64,000 nt of DNA from positions 64,001 to 128,000 of the forward strand of contig OY970323.1 in the NCBI GenBank assembly GCA_963716985.1, written 5' to 3'. This stretch comes from an uncultured bacterium (GTDB lineage: Bacteria > Chlamydiota > Chlamydiia > Chlamydiales > SM23-39). This document shows positions 61,468 to 64,000 of the stretch, piece after piece. The stretch's first letter is position 1, and each line of letters starts with the position of its first letter. The notes beneath the pieces are model-generated. The model saw only the letters and a program-made list of their open reading frames with translations, was not told where the DNA came from and did no database searches. The position numbers and the translations under genes are program-made.

Positions 61468-64000
61468 GCCTGCACCGTGAAATCAATTTCGAAGACGAGA
61501 TCTGTGACTATCTCGCAGCCCACGGTTGGCTATATGCCGAAGGAGACGCAGCCCGATATGACCGCTCGCGCGCCCTCTTCTCTGAAGATGTGATTGCATG
61601 GATTCAGTCTACTCAGCCAAAGATATGGGAGGCGCTCAGCAAAAACCACGGCGTACAAGCCGCCGAGATTTTGCTCGGACGCTTGCGCCAGGAGTTGGAT
61701 ACGCGTGGTGCCCTTGATGTGTTGCGTCATGGCTTTGAAATGGTAGGCCTCCGGCAACCGATTCAGCTCGCGCAATTTAAACCTGCGCACACTTTGAATG
61801 CCGACATTTTGGCCAGATATGATGCCACCTATCTGCGCGTAGTACGCCAAGTGCGATATTCGCTGCACAACGAAAATTGCATTGACCTGGTGTTGTTCCT
61901 CAATGGAATTCCCACGGCAACGGTTGAACTTAAGACTGATTTTACGCAGGACATCGAAGATGCAGTCGATCAATATCGGTTCGATCGTTTGCCGAAACTC
62001 AAGGGACATGCTGCTGAGCCATTGCTCTCCTTTCCGAGCGGCGCACTTGTCCATTTTGCCGTAAGCAACAGCGAAGCGCGCATGACCACAAAACTCGAAG
62101 GTCCGGCTACGCGTTTTTTGCCATTCAATCAAGGCAGTCCCGATGGTGGGGCGGGAAATCCCCTGAATGATCGCGGTCACCGTACATCTTATCTTTGGGA
62201 ACGTATCTGGGAGCGAGATAGCTGGCTGGAAATTCTAGGCCGATATCTTGTGACGCGTAAGAATAGTAAAAAACAAATCGAAAACATCATCTTCCCTCGC
62301 TTTCACCAGTTGGATGCTACACGCAAGCTGGTTGCCGCCGTACTCCATGAGGGGCCTGGTGGAAAATACCTAATCCAGCACTCTGCCGGTTCGGGCAAGA
62401 CTAATTCGATTGCATGGTCAGCTCATCTCTTGGCAGATCTCCATGATACGAACAACAAAAAACTATTCGATTCAGTTCTGGTCGTGTCAGACCGAACGGT
62501 TATCGACGCTCAGCTGCAAGAAGCAATCTTTGAGTTTGAGCGCACATTAGGTGTTGTAGCCACCATCACAGGGGACAGCTCCAGTAAAAGCGACGAGCTG
62601 GCAAAGGCGCTGTCAGACAACAAAAAAATCATTACTTGTACAATTCAGACATTTCCCTATGCGCTCAAGACTGTGCAAAAGCTGGCCTTGACCCAAGGTA
62701 AACGATTCGCTGTAATCGCGGATGAGGCGCACTCCTCGCAAACAGGAGAAACTGCAACCAAGCTGAAGGCTGTGCTGTCAGCCGAAGAATTGCAGGAATT
62801 ACAGGACGGGGGAACGTATAGCATTGAGGACGTCCTGGCATCGCAGATGTCGGCGCGTGCGAAAAACACTGGCATCACCTTCGTTGCTTTTACTGCTACG
62901 CCCAAGGCGAAGACATTGGAGCTATTCGGTCGCCGACCCCATCTCGATCGCCCAGCGGGACCGGACAATCTCCCCGCACCGTTTCATGTCTATTCGATGC
63001 GCCAGGCCATTGAAGAACATTTTATCCTCGACGTGCTCAAAAACTATACTCCTTACAAACTTGCCTACAAACTGACGCATGACGGCATCGAATACGACGA
63101 ACATCAAGTTGAGCAGAGCGCTGCCAAGAAAAAGATTTTTCGCTGGGTCAAGCTACACCCGTACAACATCTCCCAAAAAGTACACATCGTGGTGGAACAC
63201 TTCCGCGAAAATGTGGCGCCCTTACTGAATGGCGAAGCCAAGGCCATGGTCGTTGTGGGCAGTCGCGCCGAAGCCGTGCGCTGGAAATTAGAGATGGATC
63301 GATACATTCAGGATCGATCTTACGCGATTGGCACCCTGGTCGCCTTTTCCGGGGAAATAGTCGATGCAGATCTCGGCCCCGTCTCAGAAACCAGCAAGGC
63401 ACTGAACCCAAATCTTCATGGCCGTGATATACGCGAGGCTTTTGGGACTGCTGAATATCAAATCTTGTTGGTTGCTAACAAATTCCAGACAGGATTCGAC
63501 CAAGACATGCTCTGCGGTATGTATGTAGACAAAAGGCTGGGGGGTGTTCAGGCGGTCCAAACTCTCTCCCGTCTCAATCGGGCCCGTGTCGGAAAAGATA
63601 CAACTTATGTGCTGGATTTCGTGAATGACGTGAGGCAAATTCTCGATGCTTTCAAAACCTATCATACGACAGCTGAACTCACTGACGTCACAGATCTGAA
63701 TCTTGTATTCAATCTACGCGCCAAGCTGGATAAGGCGGGGTACTATGACGATTCAGAGGTGAATCGCGTGGTCGCCACGGCAATGGATCCGCAAGCAAAG
63801 CAATCTGACCTTATGAAAACGTTGGAGCCCGTTGCCGAGCGTCTAGTGAAACGCTACAGAGATATTCAGAATAAATTTAAAGCAGCCAAAGAGGCGGGTC
63901 GTGATGGCATGGCTGAAGAAGCTCAAAACGAACTGGATGCCATCGTTCTCTTCAAAAGCGACATGGATTCGTTTCAGCACATGTATATTTTTCTTTCTCA
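61464..64000 (+). CDS. hsdR: type I R-M restriction subunit, runs off the window
   Basis: Read manually: MSLHREINFE, VELK, QHSAGSGKT, ADEAHSSQ, FTATPK, QTGFDQ; absent from the ORF track because it has no stop in the window. Confidence 0.92.
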   Translation, partial: MSLHREINFEDEICDYLAAHGWLYAEGDAARYDRSRALFSEDVIAWIQSTQPKIWEALSKNHGVQAAEILLGRLRQELDTRGALDVLRHGFEMVGLRQPIQLAQFKPAHTLNADILARYDATYLRVVRQVRYSLHNENCIDLVLFLNGIPTATVELKTDFTQDIEDAVDQYRFDRLPKLKGHAAEPLLSFPSGALVHFAVSNSEARMTTKLEGPATRFLPFNQGSPDGGAGNPLNDRGHRTSYLWERIWERDSWLEILGRYLVTRKNSKKQIENIIFPRFHQLDATRKLVAAVLHEGPGGKYLIQHSAGSGKTNSIAWSAHLLADLHDTNNKKLFDSVLVVSDRTVIDAQLQEAIFEFERTLGVVATITGDSSSKSDELAKALSDNKKIITCTIQTFPYALKTVQKLALTQGKRFAVIADEAHSSQTGETATKLKAVLSAEELQELQDGGTYSIEDVLASQMSARAKNTGITFVAFTATPKAKTLELFGRRPHLDRPAGPDNLPAPFHVYSMRQAIEEHFILDVLKNYTPYKLAYKLTHDGIEYDEHQVEQSAAKKKIFRWVKLHPYNISQKVHIVVEHFRENVAPLLNGEAKAMVVVGSRAEAVRWKLEMDRYIQDRSYAIGTLVAFSGEIVDADLGPVSETSKALNPNLHGRDIREAFGTAEYQILLVANKFQTGFDQDMLCGMYVDKRLGGVQAVQTLSRLNRARVGKDTTYVLDFVNDVRQILDAFKTYHTTAELTDVTDLNLVFNLRAKLDKAGYYDDSEVNRVVATAMDPQAKQSDLMKTLEPVAERLVKRYRDIQNKFKAAKEAGRDGMAEEAQNELDAIVLFKSDMDSFQHMYIFLS

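Noticed and set aside
61530..63665. Minus-strand ORFs at the right end
   Set aside because: Shadows of the plus-strand hsdR that runs off the window.
51084..64000. Complete prophage or conjugative element
   Set aside because: No capsid, portal, tail, relaxase or T4SS genes in the visible part; the remainder is outside the window.

Overview
Chromosomal window from a member of the phylum Chlamydiota, probably an environmental lineage. This is inferred from the dusB-yggT-(three conserved chlamydial genes)-ygfA...recA-ispA-glmU-like gene order, a DUF687-like gene and three MOMP-like porins. There are three zones. (1) 1-11.1 kb is a nest of IS elements (IS1634 broken by a MITE, IS701, truncated IS66, IS630 and IS200 remnants) around an AT-rich cargo of three SAM methyltransferases (one MppJ-like), an EamA transporter and hpt. 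(2) 11.1-30.4 kb holds core genes and ends in a DnaA-box cluster that looks like oriC (~29.0-29.25 kb). (3) 30.4 kb to the window end is a tandem array of related, capsid-less, satellite-like integrative elements joined at a tRNA-Pro(GGG) 3' fragment (50874-50920). The shared plan is int-hyp-alpA-rep-DUF5681-73aa ORF-DinD-like gene-variable cargo, then a Cas4-like PD-(D/E)XK nuclease divergent from a type I R-M operon. The left element is decayed (no integrase, frameshifted rep, hsdS and hsdR broken by IS) and carries Fic, Bro-N, AbiE, PIN-like, Schlafen/AlbA_2 and REase-like cargo. The right element appears intact and runs off the window. All family calls come from reading motifs; no database searches were run.
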